Assembly (NCBI RefSeq): GCF_009914755.1
Contig: NC_060929.1
DNA: 64,000 bases
Origin: the human T2T-CHM13v2.0 reference genome, Homo sapiens
Direction: 5' to 3' (one strand)
Shown one piece after another: positions 41,765 through 63,612 of the stretch. The notes under the pieces were generated by a model. The model made no database searches, was not told the origin of the DNA, and saw only the letters and a list, made by a program, of their open reading frames with translations. The translations under genes were made by a program, and so were the position numbers. The stretch's first letter is position 1, and each line of letters starts with the position of its first letter.

Positions 41765-43405
41765 CTAATCCAAGAAAGATAATGAGGTCATGTTAAAAAT
41801 CAAATTCAGTACACACATTCATAAAATGGAATGTCTTCTGCTTATTTTGAACACAGGTGCTACTCCGATTGTGGTTTGTGGACTAGTGCCCATCCACAAC
41901 TACTTGTTAAGTATTTTTTCAATGAGGTAAGTATAGAAACCGAAAGTGTTCAGAAACTTTTACAGGAATCTGACATTGCCACAATTTTATTCTATTTTAC
42001 AAAAGTATCAGCCTGCAATTTATTTAACATTAAAGCAACAGCAAAGACAATTTTGTCCTTCACCACAGATAGATCGAGAAAGCATTGCTTTATGTGGTTC
42101 AAGGAAAATACCAGTCCACTTTAAAGATGTAAAGAGCTAATTTAATTCAGTGTTATTTTACCCTCTCTGGCTCTGCTGCTTTCCTCCTCTGAAGCACTGT
42201 AAGCACTTTTGAAGTAAAGATGACAGAATAAGGTGAGAGTATGTCTATCACCTACTACATCATTGTTTAGTCTATCACTAAATTGAAAAGGATTTATCTC
42301 TACTTCCTTTCATGACCCTTTTCTCCATTTTGGTTTGGTATCTTAAAAAAAAGTTAATTACTTAGAATTTTTATCTTTTCTTTCAAATACAAATACCACA
42401 AATATTCCTATTCCCAAGGGAGTAGGCTTTGTATGAGTTTGTTCATATCAGGGAAATTGCCAGCAAACATTTGGCTGCCAAAGAACTTCTGGAGTCAAGG
42501 AAATCAAGAAAATAAGAACATTTCCAAGCTGCCATAATAGCAGTAATTCAAACTTATTTCTCTTATAAAGATGAGAACACTATTAACATTATTTTGCTGA
42601 AATAACCATTATAATTCAGCTGTAATAAATCACATTAGTATATTCCATTGTACTCTATAAGAGGAATTTCTTCTGACCAGAAAGTCACTTGTGAAATGTT
42701 GTTTTTTGTGAGAAACTCTTCAGTCACTTATAACTAAAGACTATACTATTGCTAAGTTTTTGATGGGTTAAATCAAAGAAAATATTAGTTATGGCAATCT
42801 TTTATTAAAATATTTTTTTCTTTTACTCTGTCTCTCTTTTTTTTTTTTTTTAACCCTCTGGTGACTCATAGGACATCTCTCTCTCTTTTTTTAACAGCCA
42901 AATACTCTTTTTTTGTTTTGCTGCCTGTCACTCAATATAAGAATGAGAGTCTGATTAATCATTAGAGTCTGATAAACAAAGACTCTAGTTTATCCAGGGC
43001 ATTCCTGATACAGGCTTTTAAAAATAGGGAGTTCCTTCAATGTATTCTCTGTGGTTTTATAACTACATGAGAACTACTTGTACCAGTTCCCCACAAAAAG
43101 AGAAATATATGTACATGATAGTAGACATTTATTTGAGTATCACAAGGTGCCTGGCATGTAGTACATTATCTCAGAGTCCATCTAAAAATCAAATGGGGGT
43201 ACTTATTATACTATTTAATGGAAAAGAAAAATAAAGCTCAGAAAGAAAAGGGAAGGTGCCTAAATTCCCATACTTGGAGTAGATAGCAGAGATGGTATTA
43301 AAACCCAGGCCTATCTGATGTTATATCTTGCCACTGTATCACCCTACCTACTATAAATACATGAAAGTGTACACAATCACACAGAGAGGGTACACGGTGC
43401 CTTAC

Positions 43406-43519
43406 CTGCTCAATACAATCTTTGGATAATGGTGGTGAAGGAAATGAAGCAAAAACCAGGACTCCAATATAGAGATAAGTTAATGTCACCAGCATATAAG
43501 CAATGCACAAGTCCCTCAC
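43406..43519 (-). CDS. SLC38A9: SLC38A9 coding exon, 114 nt: [38 protein letters not shown]
   Basis: Acceptor ttctgtatttacag, donor CAG|GTAAGG. 38 codons, phase 0-0. Confidence 0.97.
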
Positions 43520-45409
43520 CTGTAAATACAGAACAAAAGTCCCATAATACTGAAGAACCTTGTAGTAAGTCTACCTTAATAGGCTAAGGAGACTAACAAA
43601 TAAATATAAAATTTGTCTTTTTACCTTGTACATGTGTGTATATACTTCTAGATATTCAATTTGTTCACAGAAAGTAGTTAAAACAAAATCCACACACTTT
43701 ACAATTAGTCTGGCAATTTTTTTTAAAAAAGTACTCTGAAGTATGTAGACTAAGCTACCTGTTGGCAGACTTAGAAGTTAACATAGTGGTTTAACATGAC
43801 TGAAATTCTGACTTAATTTCAAAAGATAATTTAGTTGCCAAATTACAAAATATTTAACTACAATAATAAAGCTAAGGGACAACAAGAAAGTAAGCATAGC
43901 CACTTCAGTATGGTCTGCAACATTTTAAAAATTCGTCCTTTGGTAAATTAACTTATATTATTAAAACATGCCTAGACCACAGCAGAGCAGAACATACTAA
44001 AATATATTTAATAAAGAAAGAAAGCTAGTTAAAGAACAGACAACAAGCAGTATTAAAGACAAGCTTAATAAATCTAAACAGTAAACAAAAGGAAATCAAA
44101 AGGCAGCTGTTCAAACAGCTGCACAATGTTACTGGAATCAGCAAACAAATGCAGAACATTAAATAAAGCGGACTGCTTTCTTCTATTGCGGTTCCCACCC
44201 TCCCAACCTCCCATATCCATGCAAAGTAAAAAGCTCCAAGATATTTAATGTAGCCAGCTGTCAGATCCAAACAGAACAGATTCCCCAGCTCAAAAATCTG
44301 GTCTTCATCACCACTGAAGTTATGGCCAAACAATTCAGCACAATTAAATTATGGCAACAAGCCTATTCATTTTTCATTTTAAACAAAAATTACTCTGAAA
44401 GCTAAGGAAACAAATTAGAAAAAAATAAACTTAAAAACATTTGATAGCACAATAAAAAAACTGGACATTTGGTATTAGGGAACATTTCTGACTTTTTGGA
44501 TTACTTTCTTCCTTAAATGGGCTAGCTAACGTAGTAGAGTTTTATAAACTTGAATGTTGACAAATTCAGTTAAAAAGCAAGTAACAAGTTATGAGAAATC
44601 TTAAGGTCAGGTCTAAATTGACAATCAGCTTGAAAGTAAGTTAAGGGTTTTAAACCCTAAATTAGATGGTGGATAAGCCCATGGAGCTAAAGGCTTATGC
44701 AGATTGGTTCCAGCCCTCTCAAAATGCGTCTAATTGCTTAGGAATGAGGAAGAGGATGACCGGGCACAGTTTCAAAATCATTCCTCTTTAGTTCATGAAG
44801 CTCTAGGTCTGACGGGAGGCCAGAGTTCAGTCACCCCTAGGGTTGCCTCATGATCTTGTGTGGGATGAACAGCAATGAACCAGGCCAAATCTACTTTTTT
44901 GTCAAAAGTAGTAGTTTCCCATTATGATGGCTGAAAGTCATTCTACACTCAACCTACTCAATGCCACTCAAGAACAGAGGTAGCCTTGTAAAAAAATCTT
45001 GGGAGGCAAAGCAGCTGGGCCTGAGACAGCTCTCTGTAAAGTGGGACAGCCACCATCCCATAGACAGTTTTCAGCTTATCTACTACCTGATCACCACGTT
45101 ATTTTGGTCTGACATCTTGCAAAGAAGTGTACCATAGCATACCTAGGGGGAAATCTGATTAAGATGCAAAGGCTATGGTGCACAGCTTCCAACAAGACTT
45201 TTCCCTTCCGCTTCTCTGTTCTCACGGCACTATATACTTATCTCAAATTCAGCAACTATTCTACTGTATTGTGACAGTCATTAATTTTTATTATAAAAGT
45301 AAACCATGTGCATGATATAAAGAATTTCAAGTGGAAATAAAATGTCCCTTGACATCCCTAAAATAGCCAAGGTTAATAGTTCTTGCATCATGTTGGTATT
45401 TTTTCTTCA

Positions 45410-45790
45410 AATGTGTCTGTACCACAAGACTCTGGGATTCTGAGGAGAGAGACCACGTCTTTTTCTTCTTTGTATCCCCAATACCCAGGACCACGCCTGG
45501 TACATAGGAGGAACTTGGTAAATGTAGATAAAGAATAATAGCCACACTGGCTTTATTAAGTGCTTGTAGGTGCCAGGCTATATTGCTAAGCACATTACAA
45601 GTGTCATCTCATTTAATCCTCATTGCAACCTTATAATGTAGATACTGTCATTTTCTTCATTTTACAGATGTAAACTAAGTGCAGCAAGGTTACAAAACTT
45701 GTTTGTGGCTGCAAAGTGAGTATCTGGTGAAACCAATATTCAAATCAAGATCTTTTTAGTTCCAAATTGCAGGTCCTTAGCTACTATGAT
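45410..45790 (-). mobile_element. L2 3' end followed by a MIR
   Basis: tttgtatccccaatacccaggaccacgcctggtacatagg is an L2 tail; tctcatttaatcctca...cattttacagatgtaaact is the MIR core. Confidence 0.75.
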
Positions 45791-46898
45791 GGAGAGCTGA
45801 CCAGTCTCCAGTGCAATTGTGTCATAGTTAATAAACAATAATAATAAAAAAAAAGAGAGGTAACAAGTTATGAGTAACAACTATACAACAGAACACATAC
45901 AGGGATGCTTCCATTTTGAGATACTAAAATCAGAAAAGTTTTATTTCACAGTACTCCAACATACCTTAAGTAAAAGTGGCTCAGGAGCTGCATATGTGTT
46001 TTCATCTGAATACTCCAATGAACAGAAATTATGCTTTTATTATAAAAGCAGCTGAGGTTTAGCATGACACTGGGAAACATGCCACTTATGAACAGTATAC
46101 ACATATGTGGGCTTTGCTATTCTCTGGCTCAAACACAAGCCATTAGGCCTAAAGATATAGCCTATTTAATGGAATAGCCTTGAAAGCCCATTTAATGGAA
46201 CAGGATAGAAAAAAGCTATTATTTAGAAAACGAGGCTCAAAGTAAAAAATATATTTAAAAAGAGACACAAGCGACAATATAAGCTGGTAATTATGTCAAG
46301 AAGCCTATACATTAATAAGGTAACTGACTCTGTCTTGTGAATAAGAAATGGCTGGCAGGGTTGACGGTAGAAAACTAAAGACAGGTAGAATGCCAAGTCA
46401 GAATGAAAACTGGATCTACAACAGGCCCAGAAGTAGGTTTGGGAACACATTCTGTTTGTCAGACATGGTTTATTATTTGTTCCACGTACCGTTCATAGTG
46501 AAAATACTATTCAGTGGAGCATTTACTAACAAAAATGACAGAAACTGACCACACAGACTGACCCCAAACATTTACATAACTTCTCCTGGTATATAGCCAA
46601 GTAAACCACAGATTCATATGAAGAAGGAAAAAGTAAATAACAAATCACAATATGAGGTATTTCAAATCGTTTTAAAGAACAAAGCAGGGTAATACAACTA
46701 AACACAGACAAAACAAAACCAAACAAAAGAAGCACTTAGAGGTTCTGATTCAAATACAATGAGGAAATATCAAGAGGTCAATCCACACAACCAGGAGGGT
46801 TATAGGGACTACATATTCTGGTGATAAACTAGTTGGATGGTCTTCAGCTCCCTAATCCCCTTTTTTTGGTAAGATACGACAAAAGAATAGAAATGATG

Positions 46899-50208
<3,310 letters not shown>

Positions 50209-50974
50209 TGAGACTGTTTTCTAGTAATACAAACAAATAATGAGCATGATAAAAATATGTGTAAATGTTTAAGATAAAACATGACACTTCAATAAGATTG
50301 TGTTTGTCTTCCCTAGATTCCTAGGTACATGAGGTTGTTCTGTTATTAGGGAGACTTTGGTGGTAAAGTTTGAGAAGCACAGCTTTATGGATAGGATCAT
50401 CCAATACATGAGAATTCTACTTAACAAAATGAGTTTCTAGGGCACTTGGGCTAACTTGGCTTACAAGAACAGACTGTAAATATCAGGAAAGAAAGGGTAA
50501 GAGGGGTAAAAATACTAAAAATTTCCAGCCTCTATTGTATGTTAGATCATGTTAACATCACAACCCTGATAGGTAGCTATAATTTTTACATATGACAAAA
50601 ATGGAATTTGAGATAAGTTCACCAAGATAGGAAGTATGAAAAATCCAGATTGACTCAAGTCCAACTCCATTTACAGGTAACATGCTACATGTATGGTCAG
50701 TAAAGATGAAGATGGAAAAGCTTAATTTATATTTTCGCTCTAGAGAGCTTACTTCCTCTACTTAGAAAGGTTTTTGCCTTCTTAATGACTGCCAAACATT
50801 ACCCCTTACTCAAAGCCTTCTCAGAATCTCCAGGCACAGCAAATCCTTCCTTCTTTTGCATTTCAGTAACAACTGTATAGACCTCTATTAGAACTTCATT
50901 ATGACTTTTGTTTACAAGGTCAGAAGCTGTTAAATTGAGCACAAAATCTGCAGACAAGCCAACAAGTAACTGGT

Positions 50975-53265
<2,291 letters not shown>

Positions 53266-53270
53266 TATGG

Positions 53271-53493
53271 CAGGCACCGGCAAACTATGACTCATGGGCC
53301 AAATCTTGTCTGATGTCTGTTTTTGTAAACAGTTTCATTGAAACAATGCCATCACCCATTTGTTTATGTATTATCTATGGCTGCTTTCATAACATAACAG
53401 CACAGTTGGGGAGCTGCAACAAAAACCATAAGGCCTACAAGGCCTGAAATATTTATCATCTGAACCTTTACAGAAAAATTTGCTGACGACTGC
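53271..53493 (+). mobile_element. MER58A hAT MITE
   Basis: ggcaaactatgactcatgggccaaatc...tttacagaaaaatttgctgac; ~220 bp. Confidence 0.8.
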
Positions 53494-53631
53494 TCTATGG
53501 TTTAAGTTTAAAAATTAAGATCTTGTAACAAAATTGCCTAATTGTACTCTAAATATAAAGTGCCTCAAATACTGACTTAAAAAATTTATCCTCGGGAGAT
53601 ACAAAAGTCAATTCCAAAGATAATTACTCAC

Positions 53632-53738
53632 ATTGTTTTCTTGTTTCTTGTTGTTCTTCAAGAGTGTGATGATACAATTATGAATAAAAAAAGCAAGGGT
53701 AAGCACTCCAGTCAGCTGTGGAAACTGAAATCTTATCT
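53632..53738 (-). CDS. SLC38A9: SLC38A9 coding exon, 107 nt: (E)[35 protein letters not shown]
   Basis: Acceptor tttttctcctag, donor AAT|GTGAGT. Contains the SLC38/AAAP-type TM6 motif LAFFIHN. Phase 1-0. Confidence 0.97.
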
Positions 53739-53999
53739 CTAGGAGAAAAATAAAAACAAGAACATTAAAACTGACAATTAGAAAATGAGTATTGGTAGCC
53801 AAAAGTTGACTACTAAAAATCAGTCATCACTGTTTTATCCAGGGAATAAGAATATTAAAATGTCTTTACAAAGTTCCTCGAGGCCAGCATTATACTTGGG
53901 CGAAGCACTCAAAAGGGGGAGAAAAAGGTATGCTCTGGCTGAGTGTGGTGGCTCACACCTGTAATCCTAACATTTTGGGAGGCCAAGGTGGGCGGATCA

Positions 54000-54248
<249 letters not shown>

Positions 54249-55005
54249 TCAATTATTCCTATTTGAGGTCATACAACTGGTATGGAGAAGGGCAGGATTC
54301 AAATTTAGGGTCTGTCTGACTTTAAAGTCCTTCATTTTTTTAATACCTGAATTTGCCAGAAAAGTACCTCTAGAAAAGGAATTATGAAAGGGCAAACTGG
54401 TCATTTAACATTCTTCACTGACAAATCTAAAAAACATTATGTAAAAATATTAGAAATAAGTGTCCACCTACAGAGGATTCATTAAATTGAGATACAGTTG
54501 TGCAGTGGTATATGGTATCAAAAATTATGTTGTGGAGGCAGTTTCTTTTTTTCCCTATGATTGAAATAGCATACATACTGTGATTTTACTTTTTATTGTT
54601 TTATTCTTTTTGAGATAGGGTCTCACTCTGTCACCCAGGCTGGAATGCAGTGGCACAAACACAGCTGACTACAGCCCCAACTTTCTGGGCTCAAGTGATA
54701 TTCCTATCTTAGCTTCCCTGGTAGCTAGGATTATAGGTGCATGCCACCACACCCAGCTAAGTTTAAAAGAATTATTTTTTTGTAGAAACAGGGTCTCACC
54801 ATGTTGTCCAGGCTGGTCTTGAACTCAAGTAATCCTCCCACCACAGCCTCCCAAAGTGCTGGGATTACAGACATGAGCCATTGTGCCTGGCCTACTTTTA
54901 TTTTTAAAATATATGTGTGTATATAGATGTGTGTATGCAAAGAAAAAAGACTGGTGAGGGGGTATCCACAAAAATATAAATAGTGGTTATGTCAGGTTAT
55001 GCAAT

Positions 55006-55036
<31 letters not shown>

Positions 55037-55644
55037 TATTTTTTGCAATTTATTTTAAATTAACCACCTACCTATAATCTCTAAATGTTCTGCAATAAAC
55101 ACAAAGCTGCTTTAAAGTGAGAATAAAATAACATTGCAAAAGCACTGCCAATTTCTGTTTTGACTGCTAATAGAAAGAAAAAAAATGATTTTATGTAGAA
55201 TAAAACCATGATTTACTTGAAAATACTGCTGGTCTAGCCAAACCCATCTCAGAGGATTCCTTAGTGTAAAAAGTAGAAACGTATAAAAAGTCCACTGGCT
55301 CTGCTATATTATTTTAGGAAAAGAAGAGAAAACAATTAAGAATCAAGCACTAGCTCTAAAATAAAATAAACAAATCTAAATAAAATAAGATTTATTAGTT
55401 TTCAACACGTTCTTTTCAATTTAGCTGAATTTCCTGTCTCTCAGAGTAATCAATTCTATTACTTAGTTAAGATACCCTGTAAAGCAATTTGTTAGCTAAT
55501 CCTTTTCTATCTTTTCTAATTAAGGCAAGTAAGACCACTGTTAGGTTTCTAACTTGTCATATTACAGTGGGTAAATAGTCAGCTTTTTCCCATTAACTAA
55601 CAAAAGCTATCTTTTTGAGAAAATTTCTTGAAAACCTGAGATTC

Positions 55645-56830
<1,186 letters not shown>

Positions 56831-57057
56831 GCACTATAACTTAAATGAATTTCAACTAACAAGTAGAAATGACAAAGGGCCCTGGTTACCACTAACTGCA
56901 GGAAATCCAAAATAATCTCAACTGTAGTCCTGTTTTTAACTTAATAGCATTTATAAAAATGCTCAGCATAAAAAAAAATCATTACTTGTTTTAGAATACC
57001 ATATGACAATGGTTAAGATCACATTATTATAATTTATTATTTTGCCAAAAAGCTCAC

Positions 57058-57165
57058 CTGGTACAAAAAATTCTGTTGGTATAAACCAATGAAATTCCAA
57101 ATGAAATCCCAAGCGAACAGCCTTAAAGGTGACAAGGAAAATCAAATAAAGGACAGACACTGTGC
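57058..57165 (-). CDS. SLC38A9: SLC38A9 coding exon, 108 nt: (G)[35 protein letters not shown]
   Basis: Acceptor ttttttcctcacag, donor G|GTGAGC. Hydrophobic transmembrane segment, in frame with both neighbouring exons. Confidence 0.97.
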
Positions 57166-57567
57166 CTGTGAGGAAAAAATTCAGAAACCATTTATTATCT
57201 TTGTGTGTTTTACAGATTATTTTAAAATCAAGCATTGTTTCCATAGTCTCAGCAAAGTGTGGGAAACTGTTAACTGCATTGATTATCTCCACTAACACCC
57301 AGCTGGGATCTAAAGACTAGAAACAAGCTGAGGGAGTTACCAGAAAAAAAACAAAAACACTCTATGTAGTAGGCCTAAGAAGAACCAGATGAGCTGGGCA
57401 TGGTGGCTCACACCTGTAATCCTAGCACTTTGGGAGGCTGAGGTGGGCAGACCACCTGAGGTCAGGAGTTCGAGACCAAACTGGCCAACATGGCGAAACT
57501 TCATCTCTACTAAAAATACAAAAGTTAGCCAGGTGTGGTGGCACACGCCTATAATCACAGCTACTCA

Positions 57568-57705
<138 letters not shown>

Positions 57706-58629
57706 TCAGATGAAGGTAGCTCATACAATGCTGAATGCAAAACTGCTTCATTTACTTATGAGTTGAGTTTAAGCAGAAGATACAAGCAGAGAGTCCATTA
57801 CAAAATTATAGGATTACATAGGATTGAAAAAAACAACATGAAACTTACTTTTATTCTTTGAATTGGAAGTGTTAGAGTCAGTCTGTCACAGTATTTAATG
57901 TGAGATGGTAAGAAGGTAAAGAAAGAAAAGCAGTGAATGTGGATCAAAAGCATATTTGAGAAAGGTGAGAAGCCAAATACATGAACAATCCTGATCTAGT
58001 ATCTAGATGAGGTTTTGATTGGGTAGCACTACTTGCTAGACAGAGATTCCAGACTCCATTCTCAGGTATTATATACAAGGTAAAATGGGCATTCAGAATA
58101 TTTTAGTAGTGTAGAAGGTAGAAGATTATTCCTTTTAAGAAATTAAGTCTAGTCATTATGGAGTAGAGTCAGAAAATTCAGGAAGGCCTTAGATGCTAAT
58201 TCCTCTAATGAAGCTATGGTTTTAAGAGAAAGGGAAAGTACCAAGGAAAAGAACAAAAGCAGAATATCCTTAAGGAGCTGAAGAATGAACAATCAACCTG
58301 GTTGGAAGTCTGGTGATTGTTGTGCCCAATTGAGCAAATCCTTCTATAAGTTTATATTCTTTTAAAAGATCTGTTTCACAGAAAAGTTGGCAAGCAAATC
58401 AGGAAACCACGAATGAGCGATATAAGCAGTACTGTGGGTTTGGAGATTAGCTGATTCAGAAAGGATGAAAACAGGACGCCAGAGCTTATATAACCACAAC
58501 TCTTCATCTTCTGTGTGTCTATGGCAGCTTACAGTGAATCCTGTTCCTGAGGCAGACAGGCAAAGAGAAATAATTTTAACTTTTCCTTTGGTCTTCTGGA
58601 AACCTAGAAGCCACTGCCTTGTTCCTTGA

Positions 58630-58958
<329 letters not shown>

Positions 58959-59095
58959 TAGACTGCCTGCCAGAGATCACATCCACAGGGAGGAAGTGAA
59001 ATCGTATGGTTTATGTGGAATTATCGATTCCTTATGAATGATATCCTTGTCCTTGGTTAGCCAGATCTGAACTTTCAAATGGGGAGGTTCCTTTT

Positions 59096-59132
<37 letters not shown>

Positions 59133-60105
59133 CAGAGTCTCGTTCTGTCACCCAGGCTGGAGTGCAGTGGCATAATCTTGGCTCACTGCAACCTCCACCT
59201 CCCAGGTTCAAGCAATTCTCTGCCTCAGCCTCCCAAGTAGCTGGGATTACAGGCACCAGCCACCACGCCCGGCTAATTTTTCTATTTTTAGTAGAGACAG
59301 GGTTTCACCATCTTGGCCAAGCTGGTCTTGAACTCCTGACCTCGTGATCCACCTGCGTCAGCCTCCCAAAGTGTTGGGAATACAGGCGTGAGCCACCACA
59401 CCTGGCCCCTTTTGCCATCTTAAGTGGAGTAAAAACATTCGTTTAGTGGTTTCTGAAAAGCAGGGCTCACAGAAAGAGGTCTGTTCCTTGAAGAAGGCAA
59501 TAGTGTTCTAAGAAAAAAAAGCACTGAGGAAGAGAGCAAAAGCAAAATAAACCTAAGAAGCCTGAGATAGAGAATGATTTCCCAGGTTCAAAGTCAGGTG
59601 ACAATTCTGCACAATACTCTTAGAGACTGTAGGAAAAAACATTCTATAACTTTCCTTAGTAAGTTCTGTTTCCAACCGTTAGAATCGAGAATTCCTATAA
59701 TATCCAATTTGGATCTCTCCTCCTGAAATTTTCGTGTATTTCGTCTAGTTGTATCCTCAGAGAAAATGAGGAAGAATTGTTCAGTAAGTTTAGAATGAGA
59801 AACCAAATAATTCATGTCTCAAAAAAAAAAAACCACACACAACAAAACCAAAAATGGTCATCTACACTTTTCTCCATGCCAAACTCCATAAAAAAAAAAT
59901 AGAAAAAATCAGGTTATCATAAGAATGAACAAATTGCCGGGCGTGCTGGCTCACACCTGTAATCCCAGCACTTTGGGAGGCTGAGGCAGGTCGATCACCT
60001 AAGGTCAGGGGTTTGAGACCAGCCTGGACAACATGGTGAAATCCCACCTCTACCAAAAATACAAAATTAGCTGGGCGTGGTGGCGCATACCTGTAATCCC
60101 AGCTA

Positions 60106-60213
<108 letters not shown>

Positions 60214-60391
60214 TCAAAAAAAAAAAAAAAAAAAAAAAAAGAAAGAAAGAAAGAACAAAACAAAAACGAATGAACAAATTAAACACAGATGAACAGGCTT
60301 GGAAGGTAACTCCCCAATCAGACCATATTTCCCTAGACTCCACCACGTATTCTATTACACAAAGTCTCCATAATTCAGTGCTACTACTTAC

Positions 60392-60586
60392 CTAGGATAT
60401 TAAATTTTGAAAAAAATGAAGGAGACTTGAAATTGAGCAGTGGGAGGAGGAGCCCTACAAGATAAAAGGGGACTGTCCTGGACTTATCCCACCACTTTTC
60501 AAACTGTTGGGCTCCTGTGTCATTGGCATAGAAAATCATAGAGCTGTTGTCAGGATGGCCTCCACTCCCGGCACTTGGACAAATCA
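60392..60586 (-). CDS. SLC38A9: SLC38A9 coding exon, 195 nt: (V)[64 protein letters not shown](G)
   Basis: Minus-strand acceptor ttcctattgcag and donor G|GTAAGT. The translation matches the SLC38A9 luminal loop with sequons NSS and NDT. Phase 1-1; splices in frame to the next exon. Upstream exons lie beyond the window end. Confidence 0.97.
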
Positions 60587-60816
60587 CTGCAATAGGAAAG
60601 CACCAGATTAAAGAAGATGACAAAAAAACAAAACAAAAACAAAACAAAAAACAGAAAATGACTGCCTCTAGAGACAGACACTTGCTCTACCAACCTCAAC
60701 TCTTCCTAGGAGCCTAAATTTCTCTTTTCTGGAAAAAATAGAGGGTTAATTTTAGGAATATTAGGACTCCTTCACCTAAAAATAAATAAGGGTGAGGGAA
60801 TCTTTAAAATTTCTGA

Positions 60817-61068
<252 letters not shown>

Positions 61069-61479
61069 TGATCCACCCACCTTGGCTTCTCAAAGTGCTG
61101 GCATTACAGGCGTTAGCTACTGCGCCCAGCCCTGAGATATTATCTTTAAACTCTACTGGAAACTATAAAAATATCCCACCAAATATCCCTTGGTTCCATT
61201 GCCAGAGAGAAAATACTGGGCTGGACGGTATTTGGTCTTATTTACACAATAATATAAAAAATATCATTTAGGGTGACTGTTTATCACACGAATAACCCAT
61301 AAAAAGGCCAAAGAGCAGATTTCTTTTAACAACAAACAAAATCTATGGGTTTGGAATAAAAAGCAAACATCATTGAAACAGCTGCCATGATATCATAATC
61401 ACTGATAAAAATGCAAGAATCTTGAATCCCAACAATCCAAAATAATTCTGGAAGTTGATCATATTTGATAGAAGCCTAA

Positions 61480-61647
<168 letters not shown>

Positions 61648-62489
61648 TGAGTAGCTAGGATTACAGGCGCATGCCACCATGCCCGGCTAATTTTTGTATT
61701 TTTAGTAGAGACGGGGTTTCACCATGCTGGCCAGGCTGGTCACGAACTCTTGACCTCGTGATCTGCCCGCCTTGGCCTCCCAAAGTGCTGGGATTATAGG
61801 CCTGAGCCACCGCACTGGGCCTAAACGTATGTTTCTTAAATACTGATCTACAAGTGGCAATTTCTTCTGTTATCAGACAGAGTACCAGCCATTCTCATTG
61901 TGTTTCTAATGTCACAGTAGAGCTTTTGCTAATAATCAGCTTTTCGTAAAGAACTCTTAATGCAGGTAGAAAATACTCGTATTAAGTAACCCTTATGCTC
62001 ATCATTTGTCAAAGAGAAAGAATATTCATTGTCAGTTCTATTTTTAATTTTATTCTCTATCCATTATTTGGCATGCCACAAAGCCAAACATTTAATTTTC
62101 TTTCTCCTTCTTAGTCAACATTTTAGTGTGCTTTTTTTCTTCTACGCTCTGGACAGAAATTTTCTTGTGCTAATTATAGTGGTTAAAAGCACAGGCTATG
62201 GCAGCTGGGCACAGTGGCTCATTCCTTTAATCCCAGCACTTTGGGAGGCTGGGGCAGGAGGATCACTTGAGGCCAAGAGTTTGAGACTAGCCTAGAAAAC
62301 ATGGCAACCCTGTCTCTAAAAGAATAACAAAATTTTGCTGGATGGGATGTAGTTCCAGCTACTCGGGAGGTGGAGGTGGGAGGATTGCTGAAACCCAGAA
62401 GTACCAGGTTGCAGTGAGCTATGATCATTGCCACTATAGGCCAGCCTAGGCAACAGAGAGAGATCTTGTCTCAAATAAAAAAAAAAAAA

Positions 62490-62712
62490 AGAGCACAGGC
62501 TGTGGATGGAAGTTAATTGACTGAATAATGAATCCCAACTCTGCCACTTAATATTTAGGTGTCCTTGGATGAAATTAACTTCTATGTTCCCTGGTCTCTT
62601 CACCTGGAAAATGGTGTTGACAGTATCTACCATTTAAGGTTGCTATAAAACATTTAATGCAATGCCTGCACACAGGCATTCAATAAATGTTAACATTCAA
62701 TAAATGTTAGCT
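62490..62712 (+). mobile_element. MIR fragment
   Basis: gaatcccaactctgccactt...ctcttcacctggaaaatgg...caataaatgttagc. Confidence 0.7.
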
Positions 62713-63494
62713 GTAATTTTTTTTTTGAGACAGGATCTCACTCACTCAGGCTGGAGGGCAGTGGCGTAACTATGGCTCACCGTAGCCTCAACCCCTCAGG
62801 CTCAAGTGATCCTCTTGCCTCAGCCTCCCGAGTAGCTCGGACTACAGGTGCACGCCACTATGGCCAGCTAATTAAAAAATTTTTTTTGTAGAGACAGGGT
62901 CTTGCTATGTTGCCCAGGCTGATCTCAAACTCCTGGGCTCAAGCAATCCTCCTGCCTCGGCCTCCCAAAGTGTTAGAATCAAAAGCGTGAGCCACCATGC
63001 TCAGCAGCTAAAATTTTTTACACTAACTGAAATGGATTGTTTCATACTCTCATTGTTTACTACACTGTTCAAAATAAACATTAGCAGAGAAATCAAGAAA
63101 TGCTGGATATAAGATATCACTATATAAAGTAAACTGACTTTGCTGATAGGGTTCTCTAAATCATCAATGTGACTGTGATATTAATATTTATTACCCTAAT
63201 GATGAACTGACTCCCTACTGGAGAAGTACTATTAACTTCAGATATTAGTAAACTAGTTTCATCAATTAATATCAGAATAGGTATAGTAAAATAATTTTCT
63301 CTTTAAATACAAGGATGTTATTTGATCCTTTGAAAATTCTGAAGTAAGGAATAGGGCACAAGAGATTTTAGGATAATAATTCAAAGGTATATGTGTATGT
63401 GTCCACAGGAATAAAAGCTAGTACTTTACTCACTCATTTTCTAGCATTAACAAAAGACAGGTTTAATTAGGGGAAAAAGTAAGACACTGAGTAG

Positions 63495-63612
63495 CAAACA
63501 CTGGAATGTAAACTTCATGAGAGGAGGGACTTTTGTCTGTTCATTATTATATCCCTAGAGCCTAGAACAGTTCCTGACACATAGTAGGCTTAATAAATGT
63601 GTTTAATGAATC
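63495..63612 (+). mobile_element. L2 3' end fragment
   Basis: gaatgtaaacttcatgagagg...cctagaacagttcctgacacatagtaggcttaataaatg. Confidence 0.75.

Noticed and set aside
44025-44333. 102-aa hydrophobic minus-strand ORF as an extra SLC38A9 exon
   Set aside because: The flanking exons already splice in frame (…QENN|VRDL…), no convincing splice sites bracket it, and it has a non-ATG start.
53736-53740. Tandem acceptor tag|AG at the 107-nt exon
   Set aside because: The second AG is 2 nt downstream in a GAG context and would shift the frame; not a NAGNAG site.
59594-59815. 73-aa ATG-initiated minus-strand intronic ORF
   Set aside because: No recognisable homology or strong splice sites, and the SLC38A9 frame is complete without it.
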